Source: Octopus sinensis (lineage: Eukaryota). Taken from it: a stretch of DNA of 64,000 bases. Below the pieces are notes generated by a model that was not told where the DNA came from, did not search any database, and was given only the letters and a program-made list of their open reading frames with translations. Location: contig NC_043013.1 in assembly GCF_006345805.1 (NCBI RefSeq), positions 13,764,001-13,828,000 on the forward strand. Reading direction: 5' to 3'. Of this stretch, positions 12,300 through 24,061 are shown one piece after another. Every line of letters starts with the position of its first letter. The first letter of the stretch is position 1. Made by a program: the position numbers and the translations under genes.

Positions 12300-13530
12300 A
12301 GAAGGATCTTTCCAACAGAATGACTAGTCATTCTAGCTGGTAGCAATATGATAGATAGGGCCCTGAAGAATATTAAAGCAGGCGAAATCCCATTAGCAAT
12401 TACTATTATAAGGTTTAAAATACTTGGCACTGTGGAATATGGCTTAGTTACTTGTATAGTCAATCAGATTTTACAGGAAAGTGGTATACCTAGTGACTGG
12501 CATTACAGCATTACAACAATTGTTACATGCATAAAGGAGATGCTATAGAAAGGTAATCACAGGAGTATCAAATTGCTGGACAAGGACACGAAAGTTATGG
12601 GAACAACTACAGCTTAAGCAATTACAGAAAAAGACGAGACGAGATAAAGTTCGGTTCTGTGCAATAGATAAGTATTAAAAAATCCATGTTTTGGGGAAGT
12701 GACTGCAGATGTATTTGGGTAAGAGTAAGCTGCTCTACTTAGCGTTCATTTATCTGCAGAAAACGTTTCACAGAGTTCCTTACTCTGAAAAGGTGAGGTC
12801 AAAGAAGAAGCTAGCAGCAGAAGAATAGCTTATGACAGCCACACAAACCCTATACAGAGATACTATTAGAAATTCCATGCGGTATACTTAGTGCAAACTA
12901 TAGAAACACAAGAGTTGCCGTAGTATCACAGACAGTTAAACAGAGAAAGTAGACTCCATACGCAGTTGATGCACACTAGCAAAGAAATTCTAAATGTGCA
13001 TAGGAAATAGATTTTCTGAAATGCTCAAGAAGATCCCTAAACAAAAAAGATAGTTTCTATTACCCATCAGTGGAGAGGTTGTTCTGAAGTTATAGCTACT
13101 AAAATAAAAACAGGCTGGAGAAATTTCAAGGAGTTTTTACCTCTGTTGGTAACAAAATGCTTCCCTATTAGAATGAAAAACTGATTGTATGATGGCTATA
13201 TACAAACAACAGTGCTACATAGTAATAAGATGTGGGCTCTAAATGCAGTGGACATGTGAAAACCTACGTACTCCGTTGGATGTGAAAAATCTGTGTATAT
13301 GAACAACAAAGTACAAATGTATTTAAGAGAAAAGTTAGGCATAAGAGGAATCATATGCGTTCGAGGGAGAAGACTATGTTGATATGACCATATGATGGTT
13401 ATGAAAGAGGCTAGCTGTATAACGAGATGCTGATCATTGTAAATGGTTGGCTCTTGAGGAAAAGATAACGTAGAACTAAGTAGTGAAAGCTGATTTCAGA
13501 ATTTTGAATCCGAAAGAGATGACAAAATAT
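12300..13530 (+). mobile_element. Old, heavily degenerate RTE LINE fragment
   Basis: YGLVTCIVNQILQESGIPSDW matches YNLVTRIVNQVIHEGVIPNDW of the 51.9 kb RTE; scattered similarity continues toward the RTE C-terminus. Confidence 0.75.
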
Positions 13531-13599
13531 TGGGACGAAGAGGTGCCCTTCACTGGATCCTCTGATTTCACTCTCTCCAAGACGTCTTGCATCATGGCA

Positions 13600-14180
13600 A
13601 CTCTCTCCTAACCCATTTTTTCAGTTTCACTTCCTCAGATCGCTTCTTGATGTAGTTTCATGCCCTTTGGAGCCATCCTGTTATAGGAGAAGGCTCTACC
13701 AGTTTTCCGCATATTGAGAGCAGTTCTAACCTACTCATGTGCTCGCTCAGATCTCAAATCCCATTTCCTCTCTAAAACACGGGTCTTTCGTGTTTGAGCC
13801 TCAGCGCAATGCCTCCTATAGCCTCGGTGGTTTGCAGTCAACTCATACCACCTCAAATGACCCACAATTTACTCTACCAACTGCACATTCTAATCTATCC
13901 AGAATGCGATATGTGTAGGAACTCGTGGCCTGTGCTACCTTGGTCATCAAGATCGTCCTAAGAACCTTCGCCATGATTTTCGGTACTGCACTGAAACCGA
14001 ATACCAGCCGGATCAGGAAATATATTCTGTTCTTGTACCTCACCAGATAGTACCACCACTATTTCTCAGAGCTGTAGATATACCGACTTACCATCGACGA
14101 TCGTAGTCAGCCCTGTTGTCAGCCCCTGTCCCGCAAAATTTCACCGCCCTAAAAGCATTATACGTGCTCATTCAACTCCC
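13600..14180 (-). mobile_element. Gypsy-type RT remnant
   Basis: YLVRYKNRIYFLIRLVFGFSAVPKIMAKVL..ATSSY and KPPEAIGG..RGN..LLSICGKLV...GWL. Confidence 0.6.
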
Positions 14181-14449
14181 AAAAATCTAGCAATGGTTAG
14201 ACTTTATTCTTTATCGGTTGGACCCTAACACACTAGTGGGATGATTCCATTCTTCATTTCCTTTCTGTACTGTGGTAAAATGCCTTATTTTCTCCGTCTG
14301 TCCAGCCATGTAGCCTTGGCATCTTGTTAACAGGAACGACAAAGTGTTCACTGCCAATATAGACAAAATTATCAGTAACAATTTTTTTAAATTCCATTTT
14401 ATCAAACATTAGGTTACATTAATACAATGTTTCTTTTTTCTACATATAG

Positions 14450-14627
14450 TTTGTTCGTGTGGATCACCAAGCCTCTATGGAGATTATGATGTGTTTGATA
14501 AAATCTACATGGAATATTCGTTTACCAAGTTTGCTTATTTCTGTGATTGGAGGAAGAGAAGACATTCAGTTGAACCCACATACTGAAGCTGTTGGGCGTG
14601 GTTTATACAAAGCTGCAAGAACCATAG
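14450..14627 (+). CDS. TRPM: TRPM-like exon (178 nt, phase 0-1), MHR1/SLOG
   Basis: FVRVDHQASMEIMMCLIKSTWNIRLPSLLISVIGGREDIQLNPHTEAVGRGLYKAARTI corresponds to TRPM YVRV..W.L..P.LLISVTGG..GL.KAA.T; AG/GT boundaries. Confidence 0.95.
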
Positions 14628-14654
14628 GTATAAAGTTTTATTTAATAATAATAA

Positions 14655-15340
14655 TGTGTAGAATATGTGGGAAGAGCTTATGTCAAAAGTGTGACTCACA
14701 TTGTTAGTGTTTGTGAAAGTTTTGCGCAGAAAGAGTACAAGCATAGATATGACAAAGTAGCCCATAGCCTCCACTGGCTACAATGTCGTAAGTATGGATA
14801 TGAGGCTACGGGTGCTTGGTACCAACATACACCAGAAAAGGTAATGGACGATAAGGGGAACTTTGATTTGCAGACAGACAAGGTGTTACAGCACTGAAGG
14901 TCGGATATAGGAAGGACAAACAAGAGTGCTTAATAATCAACGTAGCAGTGCCAAGAGATCAACACATCATCATGAAAAAAAAGAGAAAAAGTTGATAAAT
15001 ATGGAGACCTGAGAATTGATATCGCTAAGATGTGGCAGCTATGAGAGTCAAACATAAAGGTTACTCCTGTTGTCAAAAAATATCTGAAAAAAATTTAAAT
15101 ACCCAACAATCTCGGTGTATTGCAAAAGTCGGCATTACTTGGAAATGGATGTATATTGCGTAAAGTACTGTCTGTCTGAGGTCCTTGCTGTGACTTGACA
15201 AACAGTGTCATTATTTTAATAGCCTACCAATGTATACAGTGCGTTTCTCTGCTCTGAGAATCAGGAAGAAACTCGGCAAGAAATGGAAACAGAATTGAAA
15301 GAAGATGATAATAATAATAGCAATAATAAAAGTAATAACA
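14655..15340 (+). mobile_element. R4/Dong-like (RLE-type) non-LTR fragment, 3' part
   Basis: CRICG..HIVSVCESFAQKEYKHRYDKVAHSLHW..WYQHTPEKV..FDLQTDK; starts after TAATAATAATAAT and ends in a TAA-rich tail. Confidence 0.8.
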
Positions 15341-15344
15341 ATCC

Positions 15345-15529
15345 TTTCCACAATAGGCACAAGGCCTGACATCTTGAGGGAAGGGACTAGCCTGTTACAT
15401 CAAGCCCAGTGTTTCACTGGTATTTAATTAATCCACCCCGAAACAATGAAAGGCAAAGTCGACCCCGGCAAAATTTGAAATCAGAACATAAATACGGACC
15501 AAATGCCGCTATGCAGTCAGCTCGATGTC

Positions 15530-15530
<1 letters not shown>
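15345..15530 (-). mobile_element. tRNA-derived SINE with Nin/Deu-like central domain
   Basis: Reverse strand reads GAGTTCAAAT-like B box, GTCGACTTTGCCTTTCAT..TCGGGGTGGATTAA..ATACCAGT. Confidence 0.7.

Positions 15531-15582
<52 letters not shown>
15531..15582. repeat. (TAA)n microsatellite, about 17 units
   Basis: Seen directly. Confidence 0.95.
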
Positions 15583-15584
<2 letters not shown>

Positions 15585-15945
15585 GTAGGAGGGTGGTGTC
15601 ATCAAAACTGAAAAATCGTGTAACGAAAGAAAAATTTAAAGAAGAAATGAATAAGAAAAAGCATGGAATGAAAAACTGTACGGTCAGTTTCCAGAGATAT
15701 GAACGCCAAGACAGATACAGAGGACCGGTGGCTGTGGATGAGGAGGATTGACCTGAAAATAGAGACAGAAGCACTCATGTTTGCAGCTCAAGAACATGCG
15801 TTAAGGACCAAGTATGTGAAGTGTAGAATAGACAGCACCATCGACAGTGAGAAACGTAGAATGTGTGGTGAGGGAGGTGAAACAGTATGGCACATCGTTA
15901 GCAAAAGCCCGAAATTGTCACAACACGAATACAAAATCAATTACT
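15583..15945 (+). mobile_element. Second R4/Dong-like fragment
   Basis: WLWMRRIDLKIETEALMFAAQEHALRTKYVKCRID..RMCGEGGETVWHIVS..LSQHEYK directly after (TAA)n. Confidence 0.8.
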
Positions 15946-17079
15946 TCTTCAATTACTTGTTTAATGTCATCAATTACTTCTTCAACAATAAATTTAGTGT
16001 TGCTCTTCTGAACAACATTGACGTTGATGAAGGGCGTACGTATCTGGGCGTGTGACTGTTGGTCAATTTGTCAGTTTTTTCTTTTTTTTGTTTTCGTGTT
16101 TTTTTTTGTGGTTGCGAACGTGTTTGTAAAAATTGGTTTCCTTGTGATGAAGGTGTTGATGTTGGCGTTGGCGTTGATTTGTTTTTTAATCAGTGTTGTG
16201 ACGGATTTTGTTTACAGTCATGTCTTAGAGCCTTCAATTTGGACTGTTCTCCGTTTGCTTCAGATTCAGTTTTTTTTTTCTCTTATCTGCGACAAAGACT
16301 TTTTGGTGCGATGTCAATGAAGTCTTTGCTTTTAAGAGGACTTAGTAGGACGAAGGAGGCAGATGTGAGATAATAGCTTTATTCATACCTTGAAGAGTTG
16401 GTAATAACAGCGGAGATATTCGTGCTTATTCCTCTACGGGGCAAAAGGCTTTGAGGTGGTTCGTATACACACACCTAGAACACTTCATTTCTTTCGCTTC
16501 TTTATAAACGGGCTTCTGTTCGCATTCCCCGGCACAGAAAAATCATGAGTAAGATTTATTTCCTATGAAGAAACTAATATCTGGAATTGCATCAGATTTC
16601 CATATCTATTGAGTTGTAAGGTGGACTTCACCTTCACCATCTCCCCATGCTCCTCCTAAATCTCTCGCCGGATCACGGTGAATCGGTTCTTGACTCGAAT
16701 ACGAGTCAACCATTTATTCATGTAACGGGAATCATCACAAAAGCCTGGAACGTGCAGGCTATAGTAACCATTTTTCTGGCTTCTTGCTCAGTGCTACATA
16801 TAACAGCAACTGTAGTGCATACTGTTGCATATGTGTAGTATTGGGTGGGGGGGGGCACAGTTCTTGCAGGCGTCTTTCGGTCTCTGCTGGAGTAGGAAAT
16901 TTAAGTTTCCTCTCTTTGCGAGAAACATATTGGCAGACAATTCTTTGTCGCTCGGTAGGTTTTCTTTTTCATCCTCACTGGTTGCGAAATGTCACTTTGT
17001 TATTGCTGTGCTTTATTTTTCAAATCTTCAACCGAATGGACGGTCCACTAGATTACTGCTCCCAAAAAAGATAAAGCGT

Positions 17080-17300
17080 TGTTGTGAGTCCTTATGTTAT
17101 TGTTGTTGCTGTTGTTTTTTTACACAGTTGCCATTGACAGATGTATTGGTCTTTTTGTTATTGCTGTTGTTTTCAATGTGGTTGTTTATGTTACTGTTGT
17201 TATCATCAATCTTGTTCATGCTGCTGATGTTGTTGTTGATGATATAGTTACTATTATTGTTGTTTCTGCCGCTTGTGCTGCTGCTGTTTCTTTGTTTGTT
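17080..17300. repeat. Degenerate (GTT/GCT)n low-complexity tract
   Basis: Seen directly. Confidence 0.85.
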
Positions 17301-17520
17301 TGTTGAGCGAAGCGGTCATCGTCCTGTAGTGGGAGAAGTCCGAAACGTAGTCCTTTGCTATTCGTAAGACCCGCAGAAGAAAAAGCAGGTCAACTCCCGA
17401 CACCGAGAGCATCGATGGATGAGTAAATGCGCATCCAGGCTCAGCGGTTGCGTAGGAAGTCGGGGACAAGAAACAGGAAGAAAGAGTGAGAGAAAGTTGG
17501 AGCGAAAGAGTACAACAGGC
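17301..17520 (-). mobile_element. Interspersed repeat fragment, probably a SINE body
   Basis: GC-richer 220-bp island resembling a recalled octopod repeat; no TSD seen. Confidence 0.35.
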
Positions 17521-18224
17521 GTTTCAGAGTTTTTATTTCCCAGATGACACCCGTTAATCATGTTGTAGCTCTTATCCTATTGTTTGTTCACTTATCCATA
17601 TTGTTAGCCTTCAGCATTCTCCTTTCCATGGGTCTTTGTGTTGATATAAATTTATTTCCAATGTTCTTGTGGTTAGCCCAGTAGCACACACTAGTTGAAG
17701 ATCTTTTTTTACACACATGGACACGTTACTACTCACGATGCGATTCAATTTACCAAAGGACGCTCATCCCAATTGTTCAATATTTAAAAATGTTTATCAG
17801 TATTTGTCCAACATAAGTTTATTGATTCACATGTCTTACTATTTCATCATCTATTACTACACTTCAGCTGTGATTAGATGGTTAGAGATGATCTTCGTTT
17901 TACTAATATTAATTCTGAGTCCACGTTTTTTGCTTTCTTCTGAGGATTTCTCAGCATTTCTGTTGTTACTTTAATGCTTCTGGAAACTAATACAATATCA
18001 TCAGTGAATTTGAAATGATTTAGCATATAACCATTTATATTCAATTTCTGACCAATATAAGTTTTGAAAAACCTTTTCTAATACAGATGTGAATAATTTG
18101 AGTGATATAGTGTCTCTTTGTTTGAATCCTTTGCCAGTTTTCATTTCAATCACTTTGTTGTTTATATTGGGTTGGCAACTAAGTTCCCGCCATTTTTTAA
18201 AATTAAAATTTTTTAAAAGGTTTA

Positions 18225-18620
18225 ATAAAAAATTACACCTAATTAATCAATAATGTATTCACTCTTGTTATTTGCAACTTCTTTCCAACTTTCAACAAGA
18301 TTTTCAATACCTCCTTGGTAGAAATTACCCGATTTCGATTCGAAACATTGATCCAACCAAGCTCTCATTTCTGCATCACTATTGAATGAAACTCCAAAAG
18401 ACGTGGAAATCTGTTGGTACCAAATCAGGAGAGTACGGCGGGTGTGGCAGTACTTCCCAGCCATGCGTTTGAATGACTTCCTTGGTCATATTGGCGATAT
18501 GAGGGCGGGTGTTGTCGTGCAGCAGAAGAACTCCATGCTGCCGATTCGGTCTTTTCTCATGAATAGCCGTGTTGAGTCGTTCCATCTGTGGAACGATGTA
18601 TGAGGCAAACGTTGTTATAG
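18225..18620 (-). mobile_element. Mariner transposase 3' remnant
   Basis: LLLHDNTRPH..GWEVLPHPPYSPDLVPTDFH..FYQGGIENLVESWKEV..YIID. Confidence 0.9.
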
Positions 18621-19508
18621 ATAGATCCCTCGTTTGAGTATTCCTGATACACTATCTGTATCTTGCATCAATCTCTCTGTGAATATCTAAATTTATTGAC
18701 TACACCCTCCTTGTCTGAGTCCTTCCTCCTCAGGGCCACATCTCCTCTCTAACACAGGCGGGTGTACTCACAAAGCTTAAATGAACAAACATATGTTGAA
18801 AATCATTCCAGCAATGACCATCCCAACTTATAAAGGGTTTTTCAGACTATTTCCATCAATGTGTTCTCTCCTTTTTAAAGACAGTAGGGAGAGAGTGAGG
18901 AGATATAATTGCTATTTTCTGAAGGTCCAGTGACCATGTAAAGGTTACTCGAGGAATTGTGAAATGGAAAGAGTGACTGTCATGTACTATTTCAGAGCAT
19001 TACTAGACTTGAGCCAATAAGTGAAACCAAGTCACACTTCCATCTAAGACTTTACTCTTGCTCTCTAACAAAACACATTTCAAGTTAGCAATATGGAATA
19101 AAAAATGCAGGGTGCTGATGATTATAGCTGAAAAGGGCTGAATGAAGTATATTGTTGTATTTAGGTTTTGGTTCTTTCCGTTATGAGTTCAAATTCTACT
19201 TGGGTTGTATTTTTGATTTATATGTCTTGTCAAGGATTTATTGAAAAATTAATAATTGAGTTTCATTTAGTTCATCATATCTTTATTTCTATAATGAGAA
19301 ATGTATCAATATTTGAATCACCTCCAGTTAATGACTGGTGCCTATTTCATCAAGTTTACATGGACAAAGGAAATTCAACCATTTTGTGTGAAGTCAGAAT
19401 GTGAAGGAATATAACTAAATACCAGAAGGTATTTTGTGCAAAAATCTACAGTAGTTTTAGAATAAGAAATCAATATTTGAATATAATTCTTGATCTCTTG
19501 TTTTGCAG

Positions 19509-19672
19509 ATGCTTGGATCATAACTGAAGGCTTACATACTGGAGTTGCGAAATATATTGGGGAAGTTATGCATAATAAGGAAAATAAAGTGGATGCCATG
19601 AATGAAGTGACAACTCTTGGTATTGCACCATGGAACTGTGTACTGGAGGAAATATCCCTAGTGAATAAGCAG
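19509..19672 (+). CDS. TRPM: TRPM-like exon (164 nt, phase 1-0)
   Basis: (D)AWIITEGLHTGVAKYIGEVMH..VTTLGIAPWNCV matches TRPM GAWIITGG..TGV.K.VG..IGIAPWG; ttttgcAG / GTAAAT. Confidence 0.95.
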
Positions 19673-21189
19673 GTAAATTTCTGTTTCAGTTATTTTCCTT
19701 TTTTTAACCTCTTATATAATCCTTTCTCCATATTAACATTAAGCATTGATTTATATCATTTTACAGTTGGTTTTTGAAAGTTCAATATTAATTATAAAAT
19801 GGTAACATTTAATTATTAAATTACATCAAGACATAAAGAAAAGTCCATATGATTTCCATTTATGACACATTACTAATTTTGTGATAAGAGAAGTAATATT
19901 TTCAAGGGTTCTTGACTTTCGTGTGTGTATTATTTTTTTCTATTTTATTTGAAACGAAAAAGTAAATGGCCGAGTGAATGAGATATTTGACTACCTGATC
20001 ATAGAGAATGAGTTCTGTTTCATTGTTTCTGGGGAAAATACTATGTTCTACATTGCCTCAGTTTTTTTTTTCTAATCAAGAAAAAAAACATCAATTTGGC
20101 AATATTCCATCACTTCTCAAAGATTATCAATCATCTTGATTTCTTGCTTGACATTTTGATCCAGTTTCTGGTTTTGGTTAGAGTTTGTGTGCAATGGATA
20201 TAACTCAACAAGTCATTCTATATTAAACTTATTGTTTCTTCCTTTGTGCAGTGTAACTATTTGACAGAGATTAAGATTTAATGTGGTTATATAGCAGAGA
20301 TCTCTTGCCAGGAGCCTGGTTCTGGGAGTCTTTCGTGCTTTGCTGACTCTGATATCCAGTTGAATTATTTACGTGAATCGAAGTAGTGGTTAAAGACAAC
20401 ACATGGGTTATGGGTTTTTACTCTGTTTCCACCACCAGTTGTTTCAAAAATTCTGCAAATATCCTGAATACTTCACTTGTTTCCCTTTCCCCAAGCTAAA
20501 AATATAATAATAACGAAAATACAAAACGTGACTATCACATAGTGACTATCACAACATAGAGAAAAAGATACTCTGAGGTTGTGTGAGATTTGGATTAAAT
20601 CACCTTATAGCAAATGAGTAGTGTAAGATCCGCAGAAAGTCAATATAAATGAACGGCCATATCCATGGATCTTCCCTGGTTATTTTAAAACTAAAGATTG
20701 TGAAAATACATAATTTCTTTGCATTATGTTTTTCTGAAGCAATTATTTCTCGGATTTGTGTAAAGTTCTCTTAGGGAAAACAATATTCTTTCTTATAGAA
20801 TTGTTATCTCTTCATCTTTAGGAGTTACTTTCTTTCATTTTTGTCCTTACATCAGAAAGTAAAAATTTCGTAGAAAAAGCTATACGCACTTGTTCATGAG
20901 GTATCACTGGTTTAACGTTCTTCGCTTTTGTCTAGTGACAATATCATAAAACTATTTTAAAGTTATTGAAAGGTTTAAAGATTTAGATAATCTTAACAGT
21001 GTAATGAAATCAAAGACATTCTATAGTATCATTATGCAATGATACGACTACACTGAGACCAGTGTTACAAATCTTAATACATTTTCTATTTTAGAGAATA
21101 GTGCATACGACTAGAATTGAAATCGCTAACCTAGTGAACAAAGTACTGCCGCTGTCACGCTGCAGTATGGATTCTAAATTTGTGTATGC

Positions 21190-21224
21190 ATATATGTATA
21201 TATGTATATATGTATCTATGTATG

Positions 21225-21310
<86 letters not shown>

Positions 21311-21312
21311 AT
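21190..21312. repeat. (TA)n microsatellite
   Basis: Seen directly. Confidence 0.95.
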
Positions 21313-21960
21313 ACAGGGGGCCTCTAAATTGCGCACAAATGAAAACAATACTCGCATCTCGTTTTAACAGATATTTTAACAAACTTTCATTAAAATATCT
21401 TGAAATGCTAAAGAGTAAATTTATTATATAGATGAACCACTCACTGCAATTCTTCAGGCCAGTCGTTTTGTTTACGTTGGTGAATACTGCCATACTCCTT
21501 GCTTTCAGTTCATTTTTGGTGTCACAATGAGTTTCATTGGTCTCTTACTCAACTGCGCCCCGCACATAATAATGAAGCGGGTTGCTGTTTGGGGAGTTAG
21601 GTAACCAGATGTTAAGTGTGATGTGGTTGCGGAAATTGTCTGATATCCATGACTGGGTTCTACAGCTTGTGTGGTATGGTGCAGAGTCCTGTTGCCAGAC
21701 ACGAGGTCTTCCAGCAGCCACCTTCTTGACCTAGGGCAGCACTACGTCCTCCAAGCACTTTATGTAGAGCTCTGTACTGAGTCTGGAGCCATGTGGGAAG
21801 ATGAATGGAGGCATAATGTCGCCATCACTAGTGATTACACCAAACACTATGATGTTGAGGGATGTTTGATTTTCATCTCACTCGGTACATATCAAATTGC
21901 ACTGTCCTCAGATTGACACCCAAACAATCTGAAATATTCGTATTGGAGCTTCCAGCGCGA
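21313..21960 (-). mobile_element. maT/DD37D-like Tc1-mariner remnant
   Basis: Frameshifted VITSDGDIMPPFIFPHG..LYIKCLEDVVLP and PNS..NPLHYYVRGAVE-like text; TA followed by CAGGGG at the left end. Confidence 0.65.
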
Positions 21961-22194
21961 ATGCCAAGCAATACAGTTTGTCATTTCCAAATGTTTGGGA
22001 TTGTGAATTGCGTCATGGTGCTGCTTTACTCACAGACTGTGCCCAACTGACCCTACTATAGTGTGTAGTCGACAAAATCGAAAAAGGAACAATGCACATA
22101 AGCGAAAGCAAAAAAAATAATAAATAAAATGGTGACAATTTCTGATATTCAACGCGGAATTCTCTGTATTTGAGTGCGGAACTCTCTGTTATTC

Positions 22195-23400
22195 AGATTA
22201 TTATTATCATTGCTTTACTTCTCAGAACGTTCAGTCTCGTTTGTTCTGGTAGATTCTATGAGAAAAGACAGCAGCCTGCAGTCAGAGATCTCACAAAATC
22301 TCTTTCTGCACATTATATGATACTTGATTGTTAATTATTGTAGGAAACTTTCAATATACAAGTACCAATCTCAAAATCCTACCTGTCCCCAGTAGATCAG
22401 TTTTTTGGCCTTGCTCTGCTCTCATGTCAATTCCGATTTCTTTGACATATTTCTCGAACTTGGTTGTTAGTGCTCGGTGTACCCTTAAAACTACTGGAAT
22501 GACAGACACTCTCCTCGTAGTCTATATTCTCGCAATTTCGTCTTTTAGAAGTCTGTACTTTTCAATCTTTTCTAGTTCTTTGTCACTTATGCGTGCATCT
22601 CCGGGTATTGCAATATCTATAATCTTGGTTTCCTTTTTCCCTTTATCTACCACAACAATATCTGGTCTCCGAGCCATGATCAAGGAATCACATTGGATCG
22701 TAAAATCTCACAGTATCTTATGTTCCTTGTTCTCAGTGACTACTTCTGGTTCATGTTCGTATCATTTCCGTATTCAATTCAGGTCGCACTTTTCACATAG
22801 CGTCCAGGAGACAAACTTAGCCACATTATCGTACCTCCTTTTGTAGTGCTTTTGAGACAGCTTGCTACACTCACTCACAATATGTGAGATTGTTTCGTTT
22901 TCGCTTGCACACATCCTAAAAAGAGGCGGTTCGGAATTTGGTGTAATTAGTTCTCAGAGCTTGTTCCTAGGTGCTACATATAAATGCCTCACTGCATCCT
23001 TTCAGATCACTTTTTCTTAACCATCTGTAAGTATTGATCTTGTCTTTTCCTTCGATTTCTCTGAGATATTGCCCATGCAACGGTTTCATTTTCCAGTTGT
23101 GTACTCTTTTTTCATTTTGTTTCTTAAATGCTTGTGGGTGCCCTCCTGTTACAGGAGAACTTATAGGCATAATCGAGGAACCGCACTGTCCAAAATTTCC
23201 CCGAACACCAAGAGCAAGTGCCCACTCCGACTTACAGGTCTACACTGAGAGAGGTACCATCCACTCTTGCCATTTTTGCAACTTTCACCCACCTTTCAAA
23301 TACACTCACTCAAGGACAGAACTTCTCTCTCCACTCGCAATTTCATGTTTCAAGTGAAAATCGACCTCCTTTCATAGAGATTTTTATTTTCCTGTAGCCA
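22195..23400 (-). mobile_element. R4/Dong-like non-LTR element, 3' 1.2 kb with RLE endonuclease
   Basis: Reverse strand: KPLHGQYLREI..WLRKSDLK, HEPEVVTEN..RRPDIVVVDKGKKETKIIDIAIPGDARISDKELEKIEKY; TAA-type tail at about 22197-22210. Confidence 0.9.
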
Positions 23401-23886
23401 GGGGAGACGTTTACGCTGGTCTATATTTATCGACTGCGTGATGTTTAGTTCTTCTACTTTTGTTATTTCTTCAATTGGTTCGTCTCCCTCCTCGGTTTTA
23501 GCTGGTGTGTGTTATTTTGTTTGTTGTTGTTTTATGCTTCAGTATTCGCCTGTCTATGTGTGTTGTTTATGTGTATGTGAGTGTATGGAGTGTCATTATG
23601 CATCTGTATACCAATTCATTAGTGTTCTTTTTTTATGTCTGTAAACATTAAAATCTCCCTAACACATTCAGTATAACACAATCCATATTCTGATACTTTC
23701 TCTCCCTGTTTCCAAAGCTATCTCTCTCTTTCTCCTTTTCCCACTTTTCCCTGCTCTTTGTTACTCCCCCCCCCCATCTCTATTAGCTGTATATTTTTCT
23801 GTATAAGAACAAACAAAACACATATTTTTATGTGACAATGGTTTTTATAATATGTATAACAATTAAAATATTGATTTGATTTCTAG

Positions 23887-24061
23887 GGATCGTGGCCTGC
23901 ACACTATTTCACAGAAACTAATTCTAAAAAAGAAAAGTATGCATTGGATCCTAATCATTCACATTTTATCCTTGTTGATGATGGTACCAAAGACAATTTT
24001 GGAGAAATAATTGAATTCAGAAAAAAGTTAGAACATACTATTTCACAAGAGAAAATCCCAG
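23887..24061 (+). CDS. TRPM: TRPM-like exon (175 nt, phase 0-1), last core exon found
   Basis: GSWPAHYFTETNSKKEKYALDPNHSHFILVDDGTKDNFGEIIEFRKKLEHTISQEKIP contains the hallmark LDxNHSHFILVDDGT; ttctAG / GTAAGT. Confidence 0.97.

Noticed and set aside
14459-14707. Apparent TRPM-zinc knuckle fusion ORF
   Set aside because: Read-through past the donor at 14627/14628 into an intronic R4-like fragment; the spliced frame continues correctly in exon 19509.
17301-17517. Solo LTR (TGTTG...CAACA ends)
   Set aside because: No target-site duplication (TTGTT vs GGCGT); more like a SINE body fragment.
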